Shown piece by piece: positions 39,005-49,533 of a stretch of DNA of 64,000 nt. The stretch is from the NCBI GenBank assembly GCA_016926735.1, contig JAFGOA010000063.1, positions 1 to 64,000 on the forward strand, in the 5' to 3' direction. A program made the position numbers and the translations under genes. The notes under the pieces were generated by a model that searched no databases, had not been told where the DNA came from, and saw only the letters and a program-made list of their open reading frames with translations. This stretch comes from Promethearchaeota archaeon (GTDB lineage: Archaea; Asgardarchaeota; Lokiarchaeia; Sigyniarchaeales; SOKP01). Each line of letters starts with the position of its first letter. Within the stretch, counting starts at the first letter, position 1.

Positions 39005-41000
39005 ATGAATGATCCTCAAGAGCCATTAATTTGGCAGACAAGAATTAAAATAACCCAAGCACCTCATACTCTCGAGGAAAAAAAATTACCTAATATAACA
39101 TCTCAAGATGATTATTATGCATTACAACCAGTAGACAAGTTAGATACATTTTTGATGGACCCTTTTGGATTTCTAAACCGACAATCATATGGAATTGAAT
39201 TAACTTCAGAGAAAAAGATAAATTGGGTTTTCTATACCAAAGCTGAATCTAAACAAAAGGCATTCGAAAGGGGGTATACTTGGTTATCAGAATTAAAATA
39301 TCAATTCAAAGGATTGGATGGAATAGTAAGTGCTAAACCGATCTATTTGGGCGAATTTTTAGGAAAATCCAACCTAAATATTCATAATTGGAGTAGAATA
39401 CAAGAGATCACAATTCCAAAAGGGATTTTGAAGTATAAGATCAATATTCTTGAGAAATTCATCACCATTTTTTACCTTTAATCAAGCTCAAGCGCGAGAA
39501 ATCAAATTGTACTTAATTTGGTGTAAACTTCCCCCACGAGAAGATGAGCATCTTCATAAAAACACATTATATCTGTTTCGAATCTTTATCATATATAATA
39601 AAAAGAATTTAGATGAAGAGGATCTTTTGAAGATAAGAGGAAATATTGAATTTTTATGTGCTAATTTAGAGGATTTAAATGCGAAAAAATCAAGATTAAA
39701 ATATCCTAAAGATATCCAGTTCCATAATCTTTTATCTGGAGAAGTCTTTTCGGAAATAAAGGATAGATATTCTAAGAGCATATTGGATGAGAGTATTAAT
39801 TTCACATTTCCAACAAGCTTACCTTTACCGAGATTACCTATTTTAAAACATGATAATGTAAGATATATTGACCTCGATGATAAATTTATAGATGATGCCA
39901 TCCCACTTGGATATCATCTTAAAGATGGAGTGATAACAACCCATATTACTTATATCCCAATTAATAAATTTTCCCAAGATTGTGTAATATTTGGCAAATC
40001 TGGGAGTGGAAAAACCTATTTTCTCGCTAATTTAGTACATGAATTTTATAAAAAAACTAAAGATCGACGTTTAGGTATCCTTATTCTCAATGTAGCTAAG
40101 GAAAACCAAGAGATCTTCTATCAAGATTTTTTGATTCTAAAATATTCGGATGCTGATTTTAAAATTCCCTATTTTTTTAGTGATGATACAAATAAACTTG
40201 AAAAGCACCTACAAGAAACTGCTACTTATATCTGTGCCTCCTTAGGATTGAAGAATGTTTTTGAAAAGATAATTTATCGCTCTATGGTTGGGATAATTCG
40301 TTTAGAGGGGCATCTACCAAAGAATTTTTACGAATTATTGGAGCTAGTTGAAAATTATATGAATATTAATTCCTATGGTCCAGAGGAACAAGCTAATCTT
40401 ATGCAAGCATTTCGTAATCGAAAGAATGTATTTGAAGAAGAAAAAATCCAAGATGTTTTAAATCTTTCAGAAGAGATTCCTGAATGGTTGAATGATTGGA
40501 TGAATGGTAAGAATATTTATCTTGATTTATCAGTATGTAGCAAATTCATAAAATTGTTAGTTGTAAATGCAATATTCCAACTTATTAGGGTAATAACAAA
40601 AGATATTGAATCTGATGAATTAAGAAACCTCATAATCATTGATGAGGCTCATGTAATTCTTGAAAAACCTATAACTAATAATAGTGATGATGCTGATTTT
40701 ATCATGAAAGAACAAATGTCTAAAATCTTCTCTGAATTGTTGAAGGAATATAGAAGTCGGGGTGTGGGTTTTATTATTGTTGATCAATCACCTGAGCGTC
40801 TATTTGAAGATGTTTCTTCTCAACCAAGTATTAAATTCCTTTTACGTTTGGATTATCCTAATAATCTCTTATTTTCCGAAGATCCTGAAGAAAGACAAAT
40901 GCTTTCTCAATTAGAAAATCGCTTATTATTAGTAAATAATGGAACAACGGGTGAAAAATTTCTATTAAAGACTCCAAATCTATATAAATCAAACTATTAA
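39005..41000 (+). CDS. HerA/FtsK/VirB4-type ATPase (DUF87-like), split by a frameshift near 39467-39473
   Basis: ORFs 39005-39481 and 39450-41000 join (..KFITIF/TFNQAQ..) if one T is removed from a T6 run; Walker A GKSGSGKT, Walker B IIIDEAH, KEYRSRGVG, DQSP. Confidence 0.8.
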
Positions 41001-41248
41001 ATCTCAATATCATTAATTGAAAACAACTTAAATTAAAATTATATAGGTAATTTCTAAATTTTCATATCCCAATTATATACAACAACAAATAGAATATGAT
41101 TATTGTTGATCTTAAAAAATCTGGAAAATGGTAATAAATAAATAAGAGTTTGAGTATTAGAAATTTGGACGAATTAATGCATAAAAACTAAATAAAGTTG
41201 TTTTTTTCAACCAATAAAGACAAAAATTAAAAAAGAGGTATTCAAACT

Positions 41249-42007
41249 ATTAATTTCACAAAAGGAAATTATTGGTTTAAGTGGGATTTTCATTGTCATA
41301 TGCCTGATGATCCAAATTGGAGTTTTTCTTCATCTTCACCTATATCTAAAAAAGATTTTGCAAAGAAATTTATAAATAAAGCTAAAGAGAATGAATTTGA
41401 ACTTATAGCTATAACTGATCATTTTAATTATCAAGATTATAAAGATAGTTATATGGCTTATATATATAACAGTGTAAAAAAAGAAATCTTAAAAATTATT
41501 CTTGGATGAGAGATAACTGCTAGGGAGGGACGTAAAGGCATTCATATCCTTGTGCTTTTCTCAGATAAAATCTCTAATAATTCAAATGAATTATTTGATA
41601 TTATTGGCAGAATAATGAATAAATCACATTCAGCTCGCAATGAAACAAGAAGCAGGGATATTCCTATATCCAAAAATAATATTGAAGAGATTTATAATAC
41701 TCTTAATGAACAGTTACCATCTAATCATTTTTTAATTATTTTCGCACATGTAGATAGTAACAAAGGGATACTTAATCAACATGATCTAGAAGGAACTTTA
41801 AGAAAAGAAAAATGGAATAAATCTAAAATAAAAGTAGCTCAATGGACAAAAGATTCTTTTTCTTATAGTTCTGGAATTTTAGATAATATTGGAAAGAATA
41901 TCAGTAATGACTATCAGAAAAAAATCCATGATGTAGGTTTTGATTGTAAAATGGTAGTTTTTGATTTTAATAATATGAATTTGTTATTATTGATATTTAG
42001 CTCATAA
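41249..42007 (+). pseudogene. PHP-domain N-terminus of a TrlF/Ppl-type PHP-ATPase; in-frame TGA and C-terminal truncation
   Basis: (ATT)NFTKGNYWFKWDFHCHMP...IAITDHFN...ILG*EIT...GIHILVLF...FAHVDSNKG; the two track ORFs share one frame across TGA 41507-09; no SDxH motif or ATPase follows. Confidence 0.75.
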
Positions 42008-42674
42008 GATATTGAGAATGATAATGAGATAATTGTGTTTTATCTTCTGGTTTAAGCCATAATTCATAAGCTAAAATATATCCGATATGATCTCTAAATT
42101 TTTTATCAAGATCTTCTATTATAGAATTATGTTCAATAACATTCATTAATTCATCTGCATATGATTCAACTTCATGTTTAACTATATTATATTCCTTTCC
42201 ATAATCGAGTTTTCTACTTTTTTCTAAAACACGTTTTATCAAATCATCTAATTGTACTATTTTATCATTCATTATATATCTAAAAATATCTGCATCCTTT
42301 TTTAGATTAAATCTCCTCAATAAAGATATTGTTTTTTCTATAAATAAGGGAGAAATTACATAATCTTTAAGTATTTTTTCTCCCGCCATCTTATGTCGTA
42401 GTATAACTAATTTTTGCTTTAGTTCATAAAAATCTTTTAAATTATTTTTATAATTGTTAATAACTCTACTTATATATAAGATAAGTGGAATTAAAATAAT
42501 AGCTAAATCTAAGCAAATTTCTGAGAATATTATATGTGCTTTTACATTTTCGCTTCCATGAACAAATATAAATAATATCAAAAAGGAAATCCCTATAGCT
42601 ACAGAGATAAACAATTTAAATAAATACCATGATTTTTCTCCATAATATTTACTTTTTTTAATTTTATTTGACAT
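41997..42674 (-). CDS. Hypothetical protein with 2 N-terminal TM helices and a helical soluble domain
   Basis: Hydrophobic LFISVAIGISFLILFIFV and LAIILIPLILYI. Confidence 0.65.
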   Translation of the reverse strand: MSNKIKKSKYYGEKSWYLFKLFISVAIGISFLILFIFVHGSENVKAHIIFSEICLDLAIILIPLILYISRVINNYKNNLKDFYELKQKLVILRHKMAGEKILKDYVISPLFIEKTISLLRRFNLKKDADIFRYIMNDKIVQLDDLIKRVLEKSRKLDYGKEYNIVKHEVESYADELMNVIEHNSIIEDLDKKFRDHIGYILAYELWLKPEDKTQLSHYHSQYLMS

Positions 42675-43406
42675 ATTATATATTTTGTTTTTAGTAATAA
42701 AATTATTATTAAAAAGAATTATTTTGGATTTAAATTTTTAATTATTTTCTTCTTAATAACAAATATCTTTATTTAAAACAAATATCTAAATAAAATATGT
42801 TTCATAAATTCGTAATATCCTTTCATTCTTATATTTAAATGATTGATAAAGAATTATCAGAAAATATTTCTATGTAATATCATATACTTTTAAATTTTAT
42901 ATCTAAATTCAATACTGTTTATTGTTTTATTTAATGATAATTCAATAGTTAAACACTTGAAAACATCTTAAAAAATCACCGCCTCGATTCAGGAAAAGAT
43001 ATTTATATACATCTACTACGCTGAATCTCAAAATTAAAAAAAATTACGTTCTTAATTTTTGAATTAAAATTCAATCTTAGGCTAAATTTAAGACTAAGAA
43101 TGCCTAATTAATAATTAAATCTTTTAAGATTTTATAATAAAATTGTTTAAGTTTAATAAGAAGCGAGATAAAAGGTTATACTTAGATTATACTTCATAGT
43201 AATTTTATATATAAAATAATAATTTTCACTTTTTTATTTCAATGAACATTGAAATAGTTTGAAGAATCTCAGAAATCTATCTATTTGATTTCTATGAACA
43301 TAAAAAGTAAATATTCTTTTTAAGATATTTTTTAGTCAAAAATATATTAATAATAACGATGATTTCTTCCAAAAAATATTATAATGAAAATAGATATTTT
43401 TAATAG

Positions 43407-44615
43407 ATGGAGTTTAAAAAAGAAATTGATAACATAGATATTGAAAATTATCGAGCAATAGAAAAACTAAGCTTTTCAACAAAAAAAATAAATATTATTG
43501 TAGGTCGAAATAATACGGGAAAAACATCCTTAATGGATGCAATTTATTTAGGATTATTAAATATTAATTCTTTTGAGAATATCAGGAAGAAAGATTTTAA
43601 TTTTCCATTAAATAATCTTATTTATAAGAATAGAAAGCAAGCGAAAATTCTACTTGGGATTAATCATGAAAATAGAAAAATGACTTTTGAAACTATAATA
43701 GATTTTAAGAAACATATTCCAAAAGATCGTGAATTTAGATCTTTTTTATATCGGGAAAGGGAAGAAATTTTAGAAGATGAACTGAATAAAATTAAAGAAA
43801 AAATGAAATCACTTGATATTCCTGTAAATAAAAGAATGTTATTTGAAGAAGATTATGATTTGAGAAAGGCGGAGATTATTAATGATATTGAGATATCTTT
43901 TGATGAATCCTATTCTAACACTTTATTTTTTACATTGTTAATGAATAAAAATCCAATCTCAAAGTATGTATATAATAAAGAATACAAGAATAGATCTTTT
44001 TATTTTGGTCTAAATCCCTTTCAGAATATTGTAATCTATGAACTACTTCATGAACGAGTAAAATTTTTATTTAATATGATAGATCAAAGAAAAGTAAATC
44101 CAAAAGATAATTTTAAGAGAATACTTAATTCAAAAGATATATTTATTTTTTTGGAAGTATTGAAGGATAAATTTCCAAATATATATGACATTCGAAATAT
44201 CGATGACAATGTTAATATTGTTCTCTTAGATAATGATAATGAGAAAATTTTAATTCCTCTTGAATTAATGGGAGATGGTTTTAAATCATTATTATATTCA
44301 TATACGTTATTCTATATTTTTTCAGAAGGAATTTTATTGTTTGAAGAACCTGAAATATCATTACATCCTGGATATATGGAAATATTAGCAGAATTAATAT
44401 TGTCAAACATAAATAATTATCAATTTTTTTTTACAACCCATAGTTTAGATTTTATCGAAGCAATTATAAAGATAGCTAAGAAGGAAGATAAACTAAAATT
44501 TATTCAAATTATTAGACTTACCAATAAAAATGCCGTTGTTGATAGAGAAATTCTAAATGAAAATGAAATTTTAGACGAATTAGAGGAAATTAAAATCGAT
44601 TTAAGAGGGTATTGA
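43407..44615 (+). CDS. ABC-type AAA_15/AAA_21 ATPase (OLD/AbiEii/AriA-like)
   Basis: IENYRAI, GRNNTGKTSL, MGDGF, LLFEEPEISLHP, FFFTTHS. Confidence 0.9.
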   Translation: MEFKKEIDNIDIENYRAIEKLSFSTKKINIIVGRNNTGKTSLMDAIYLGLLNINSFENIRKKDFNFPLNNLIYKNRKQAKILLGINHENRKMTFETIIDFKKHIPKDREFRSFLYREREEILEDELNKIKEKMKSLDIPVNKRMLFEEDYDLRKAEIINDIEISFDESYSNTLFFTLLMNKNPISKYVYNKEYKNRSFYFGLNPFQNIVIYELLHERVKFLFNMIDQRKVNPKDNFKRILNSKDIFIFLEVLKDKFPNIYDIRNIDDNVNIVLLDNDNEKILIPLELMGDGFKSLLYSYTLFYIFSEGILLFEEPEISLHPGYMEILAELILSNINNYQFFFTTHSLDFIEAIIKIAKKEDKLKFIQIIRLTNKNAVVDREILNENEILDELEEIKIDLRGY

Positions 44616-45306
44616 GATTCTTGTAATTTTAGGAGAAGGTAAATTCGATTCTTGGTTTTTTGATGAACTTCTTTCGAATTTATCTCAAGAAAATGAAAAT
44701 ATCTTAAATATAAAAACAGATTATGGAGATAAGTTCAGTAGTTTATTTAATTGTCTTGCGAGGAATTGCACAAAAAATTCTTATTATAAGAGTATTATAT
44801 GGGGTGATAAAGGAAGACAATTTATGTTATTAAAAGTATATCCTAAAGTATTAGGTTTTATTATAAGACATGTGAGGAAAAATTCATTGTTAATCTTATG
44901 TGAAGATAGTGATAATAGAAATACAGAACAACTTTATAATAATTGGAAAGATAATACTGAGAATTTTCTCTTTAATCCTAATAATTTTCAAAAATGTATT
45001 GATTTTAATATTATTTCAAACTCTAATATAAACATAGATATTGGTTCTAATAATTTGTTATCTTCATGTTATCATTATATTCCTAAAAGTTTAGAATATC
45101 AAATCGCATACATCAATATGATAGAAAATAATCTGAATATTCCTAATAATATTCAAAATAACCATCATGATTTTTTAAATAAAGTTGTAGAATTATTAGA
45201 TCAGAATCATGAAACATTAATTAGAAATTCAGTAAATTTACTTAGAGGAAAACAATGGTTAGTTCATATCTCTAATTCTATAATGAATTTTATATCTGAG
45301 ATTTAA
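44611..45306 (+). CDS. TOPRIM-like partner of the ATPase; probable ATT start at 44611 or 44617 (track started at 44824)
   Basis: Open frame from TAA 44602-04: IEILVILGEGKFDSWFF...ILCEDSD...PKSLE; EGxxD and DxD TOPRIM signature; overlaps or abuts the ATPase stop. Confidence 0.7.
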   Translation: MEILVILGEGKFDSWFFDELLSNLSQENENILNIKTDYGDKFSSLFNCLARNCTKNSYYKSIIWGDKGRQFMLLKVYPKVLGFIIRHVRKNSLLILCEDSDNRNTEQLYNNWKDNTENFLFNPNNFQKCIDFNIISNSNINIDIGSNNLLSSCYHYIPKSLEYQIAYINMIENNLNIPNNIQNNHHDFLNKVVELLDQNHETLIRNSVNLLRGKQWLVHISNSIMNFISEI

Positions 45307-45714
45307 TCAATAAAGCTTTTCAATTGATATTAAAATTTTATTATTTTATACTTGTATAGTTATAATTCAAATAAAAGTCTAAAACATAGTTCTATATATT
45401 CTAAGAAAAATAATATTTGCTTCTTTTCAGTGATATTTCAAATTAATATAAATTGGTTGTTATAAAAACTACTAAAATAATATAATTATGTGATTTCTGT
45501 TGACATGGAGGGTAAATTTAAGTTTTTAAATAATTGTTAAGATTGTTATAAGAACTATAAAGGTATAGAGGACTTTAATTTTATAAATTTCTTTTATCAT
45601 GGATATTAAAATTCTTTAATAAACAATATAATAGAATATATTGAATTTTATATGATAATCAAAAATTATAAAAATACAGAATTTTTATTATTAATTAAAC
45701 ACTAAAAATTTACT

Positions 45715-45765
45715 TTTTTAAAAGAGGTTTTTTTGTCTTTTTAAAAAGGGATCTTTTGTCTTATT
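45715..45765 (+). promoter_or_regulatory. Imperfect tandem direct repeat upstream of the wHTH operon
   Basis: ttttaaaagaggtttttttgtctt followed by tttaaaaagggatcttttgtctt. Confidence 0.4.
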
Positions 45766-45781
45766 TTAAATTTAAAAGTAG

Positions 45782-46204
45782 GTGATTAAAATAGAAGTAA
45801 ACCAGTCAGATGATGTAAATTCAAAAATATTAGATATGGGTGTGTTAGAAGAATTATTTGTTAGTGATAAAACGGCACGAACAATTGAATTCTTTATTCT
45901 TCATGAAAAATGGATTCAGAATAAAAAAGAATTAATGGAAATTTTAGATATCTATCCTGAAGCTATGAAAGAGATATTAGAAAGATTAGTAAAATTAGAC
46001 ATAATTGAGGTCGATAAAAAGATAGCAAGTTCAAAATTCTATAAAGTTAATAAAAAATCAAATTTAATAATACCATTAAGAACTTTAATTCATAATTTAA
46101 GTTTAAATAGAGCATTATTGATGATAGACGAGAATAAAAATGTTATAAAAGAAAAAGAATTAGAATCAAACATAAGGAGTTATGTAAATCAAGATGATGA
46201 ATAA
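45782..46204 (+). CDS. Winged-HTH protein (ArsR-like)
   Basis: LEELF.S...ARTIEFF...KELMEILDI....KEILERLVKLDII......SKFYKVN. Confidence 0.75.
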   Translation: MIKIEVNQSDDVNSKILDMGVLEELFVSDKTARTIEFFILHEKWIQNKKELMEILDIYPEAMKEILERLVKLDIIEVDKKIASSKFYKVNKKSNLIIPLRTLIHNLSLNRALLMIDENKNVIKEKELESNIRSYVNQDDE

Positions 46205-46892
46205 AGATAATTTTAATAATCTTTTTATAATTCAGGAAATTGGGAATTTTCCTACAATTATAAAAAGAAAGGATGAATTACTAAGAGAAATTGAGGAAGA
46301 AAGGAGTTATAATCTTTTATCAAGAGAAAATTTTTCAATTAAAGATTTAGATAATTTAAATAAATATATAAAAATAAATAATTTAGAAAAAAAAGAGATC
46401 TTTGAAGATCTAACAGAATCTGAATCTGAATTTATTGGTTTTATTTTAAAAGATAGAATAAAAAAAGAACTGAGAATTAAAATCAGAATCGATCTTGGAA
46501 AATATCATATATTTATTTTCCCTGAATGCCCCTCAAATTTAGTATATCGAAGTTTTTTATTACTAACATCTGACTTAGAAACATTTGAAAAAGATTTAAT
46601 AGATTATTTAGGTTTTAAAGAAAAAACAAAAGACTTTACATTTCTTCAAACAAAAAAAATTATTCATTTGTATATGAAAATCAAAAATGAAAATGAAATT
46701 ATAGATAAATTTCTGAACACATTTGCAAGTAAAGAAAGATTCCAAAATATTATTATACTCAATAATAAACTTTCTAAAGATAGTAGACGTATTTTAATAG
46801 GAGAAAAAACAAATTATCTTTCAAGTATAGGAAATATTTTTGATTTAGACTATATATTGAATATTAAAGAATATTTAAGAAGATTTATTTAG
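46194..46892 (+). CDS. Hypothetical protein
   Basis: 232 aa, overlaps the upstream gene by 11 nt; no motif recognised. Confidence 0.65.
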   Translation: MMNKDNFNNLFIIQEIGNFPTIIKRKDELLREIEEERSYNLLSRENFSIKDLDNLNKYIKINNLEKKEIFEDLTESESEFIGFILKDRIKKELRIKIRIDLGKYHIFIFPECPSNLVYRSFLLLTSDLETFEKDLIDYLGFKEKTKDFTFLQTKKIIHLYMKIKNENEIIDKFLNTFASKERFQNIIILNNKLSKDSRRILIGEKTNYLSSIGNIFDLDYILNIKEYLRRFI

Positions 46893-46894
46893 AG

Positions 46895-47239
46895 GTGTTA
46901 GATATTTCTGATTGTAAGTTAAATTTTTATGATTTTTTTTTACTTCGAAAAATAACAACATATAAATACATAGGAGGGCACAAAACTAAATTGTCTCATA
47001 TTGTACGAGGTATAGAAAGAAGTGATGTAGGATATGTAAAAAGGGCTTTTAAAAAATTTCTGAAAATGGGTTTTTTTGAATCAGAAATGAGAAATAGAGA
47101 TTATTATTTTTCATTAAAAAGAGAATATATTAAACGTGTTTTTGAATTAATAGAGAAAAATAGTTGTCCCTATTGTTCAGATTATTTAAAAAAAAAAGAT
47201 TTTTGTAATTATTGTAAAAAAGAAATTTCACAAGAATAA
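46895..47239 (+). CDS. Small wHTH protein with C-terminal zinc ribbon
   Basis: YIGGHKT...VKRAFKKFLKMGF...YYFSL; CPYC..CNYC. Confidence 0.7.
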   Translation: MLDISDCKLNFYDFFLLRKITTYKYIGGHKTKLSHIVRGIERSDVGYVKRAFKKFLKMGFFESEMRNRDYYFSLKREYIKRVFELIEKNSCPYCSDYLKKKDFCNYCKKEISQE

Positions 47240-47270
47240 TATATATCATAACCTTTTTTATATATTAAAG

Positions 47271-47870
47271 ATGTCATCAGAAGGCAATTTTAAAACACTA
47301 AGATTATTTGTTGAGAAAAGTCTCGCAAAAAAGATATTACTTACTCGATATTTAGAATTTATTTTAATTAGTTTTCTCGAATTAAAGAATTTAGAAATAA
47401 TAAAAATACGTCCATTTTATAAGACTTTTATAATTATATTTTTTCGGAATTTTATACAAAATGATAACCTAAAGCAGAATTTAAATAAATTTCTTATCGA
47501 TAATCCTATGATGGATAAATTCTTAAAAGAAAATAATATGGATTATTCAATACTTATTTTGGATTTTGAATATGAATTTAATTTTTGTGAAGAATTTCTT
47601 GGTGAAGATAATATTACTTTTAATTCAAAAGTTTTTTTATCTAAATTAAACGATTATATTGAGCAAAATCGCCAGGAAGTAAGACATTTAATAAATTTTC
47701 GTGATATTTTGGCTGAAAAAATAGAGTACGTAGGAAAATGTATTATTTGCGAAAAAAAGACACTATATAAATGTAAGAAATGTAACCAAAGCACGTGTGA
47801 AAATCATTTAAATAAAGGTTATTGTGATAATTGTGCTGATAAAATATTGGAAGAATATGATTCAAAATAA
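47271..47870 (+). CDS. Hypothetical protein with C-terminal binuclear zinc finger (HIT/AN1-like)
   Basis: CIIC-x7-CKKC-x4-CENH-x5-CDNC. Confidence 0.7.
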   Translation: MSSEGNFKTLRLFVEKSLAKKILLTRYLEFILISFLELKNLEIIKIRPFYKTFIIIFFRNFIQNDNLKQNLNKFLIDNPMMDKFLKENNMDYSILILDFEYEFNFCEEFLGEDNITFNSKVFLSKLNDYIEQNRQEVRHLINFRDILAEKIEYVGKCIICEKKTLYKCKKCNQSTCENHLNKGYCDNCADKILEEYDSK

Positions 47871-47922
47871 TTTTTTGTATCAACTTATCGAATAACCTGA
47901 TCATAATAAGATTAGTAATAAA

Positions 47923-49419
47923 TTATAGAAAAATAGTAATTTTATCCTGAATAATCCTTTTTAATTTTTTAGATACTCTTTCATTATTAATCGTTTTATC
48001 AATATAGCCAAGAAAAAATCTTTTTCTCTGTTTTAAGATCTTTTCATTTTTTTTTGTATTTTTAAATTTATTGTCAAATTTCTTTCTATCTAAACTTCGA
48101 AGAAATTCTTTTTTTTTTAAAAAACTATCAAATTGATAATAAAATAAAAGTGATATTCTCGCGCATTGTAAAATCTGTTTTGTAATTAATTTTAGTTCTT
48201 CTCCATTTGTATTAATTATAGAACCATGGCTATAAGCATTTCTAATTTTATAAGCCTTATTTACTATATTATAAATACTTAGAGATTTGAATCCTAATAT
48301 TTGAAATATTTTTGAAATTCTTTGACTTAATTTTCGATTTAATTCACCAACATCTTCTGAAAATAAAGCTTCTAAACATGAAATTGCATAAGTAATTTGA
48401 GATTCAAATGATTCAATACTTATAAATGAGTTTAAATATCTACTAAAAGCTATTTTAATAAATGTCTTTTCTTTTGTAAAAATAGTTTCTCTTGTCTCAG
48501 TTTTATTAAAAATTGAAATAATTTGATTTAATTTAGGAATATCTTCATTATATAGAGTATAAACATAATTACGCCTAATATTAAGGAGGGGATTTTCATG
48601 TGTTATTAATCCTACATCAAATTCAAAATGAGAATTAGAATATCCATATCCCCCTATAAATGTAAGACCCCCCGCCAATACATTTGTAGGAATTATAGTT
48701 CTTCGTGTAAATACAGAACCAAATCTAAAGAAAATTAAAGATAAATAAATTATTCTTAAATATTGTAATATTTCTTCTTGTACTTTTTTTGAATTTAATG
48801 AGTTAATTTCAATAGGATAATTCCAAATTAAAACAGAATAGGGAAAATTCTTACAAGGTAAACCTCTAAAATTAAACTTAATATCCGTAGAGATAGTATT
48901 TTCAAAATCGGAAGGTTTTACTCTTCTTATTTTAAGATCTTTTGATAATTTTAATTTTAAGTTATTTATCCAAACACCTTCCAAAAACATTTTTATTTTT
49001 ATATAATAGAATTTTGGATCATTAGTCCAAATAGTCCAATTATCTATATATTTTTGTAATTTCTCTTTATTTGATTTCTTATTATATTTTCTTATTATTT
49101 CAATTAAAAATCCTTTTAATAGCAAATTTGATTTCTCTATGTCGAAATTTTGGTTTTTTTCAAATAATTCTAATATATCTTTATATTCTGAAAGTAAAAT
49201 TAGTTTATCTAGAAGAGGTTTATCAATTATAATTTTCTTTTTTTCTTCAATATCACTTTCTTCAAAATCATATTTTATTTCTCTATTTTTAAAATCTAAA
49301 GTTGATAAATTAGGTATGTAATAGTTCTTATATTTCAAATCTATACTATCTAATTCTTTAAATATTGAATTTGATAATCTTTCAAGTAATTTTATTAACT
49401 CAATCTTATTGAATATCAT
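47923..49419 (-). CDS. ApeA-like HEPN domain protein
   Basis: ISCLEALF..ELNRKLSQRI..AYKIRNAYSHG (Rx4H). Confidence 0.8.
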   Translation of the reverse strand: MIFNKIELIKLLERLSNSIFKELDSIDLKYKNYYIPNLSTLDFKNREIKYDFEESDIEEKKKIIIDKPLLDKLILLSEYKDILELFEKNQNFDIEKSNLLLKGFLIEIIRKYNKKSNKEKLQKYIDNWTIWTNDPKFYYIKIKMFLEGVWINNLKLKLSKDLKIRRVKPSDFENTISTDIKFNFRGLPCKNFPYSVLIWNYPIEINSLNSKKVQEEILQYLRIIYLSLIFFRFGSVFTRRTIIPTNVLAGGLTFIGGYGYSNSHFEFDVGLITHENPLLNIRRNYVYTLYNEDIPKLNQIISIFNKTETRETIFTKEKTFIKIAFSRYLNSFISIESFESQITYAISCLEALFSEDVGELNRKLSQRISKIFQILGFKSLSIYNIVNKAYKIRNAYSHGSIINTNGEELKLITKQILQCARISLLFYYQFDSFLKKKEFLRSLDRKKFDNKFKNTKKNEKILKQRKRFFLGYIDKTINNERVSKKLKRIIQDKITIFL

Positions 49420-49533
49420 ATTTTTTATCCTTTTGTTATTTTTGAGTTAATATCTAATAACTTTTATTGATTTATAACCTTTTTCTCTTGAATCTTTACT
49501 ATATTAAATAAGAATTTGAAATAAAGATTTTAT

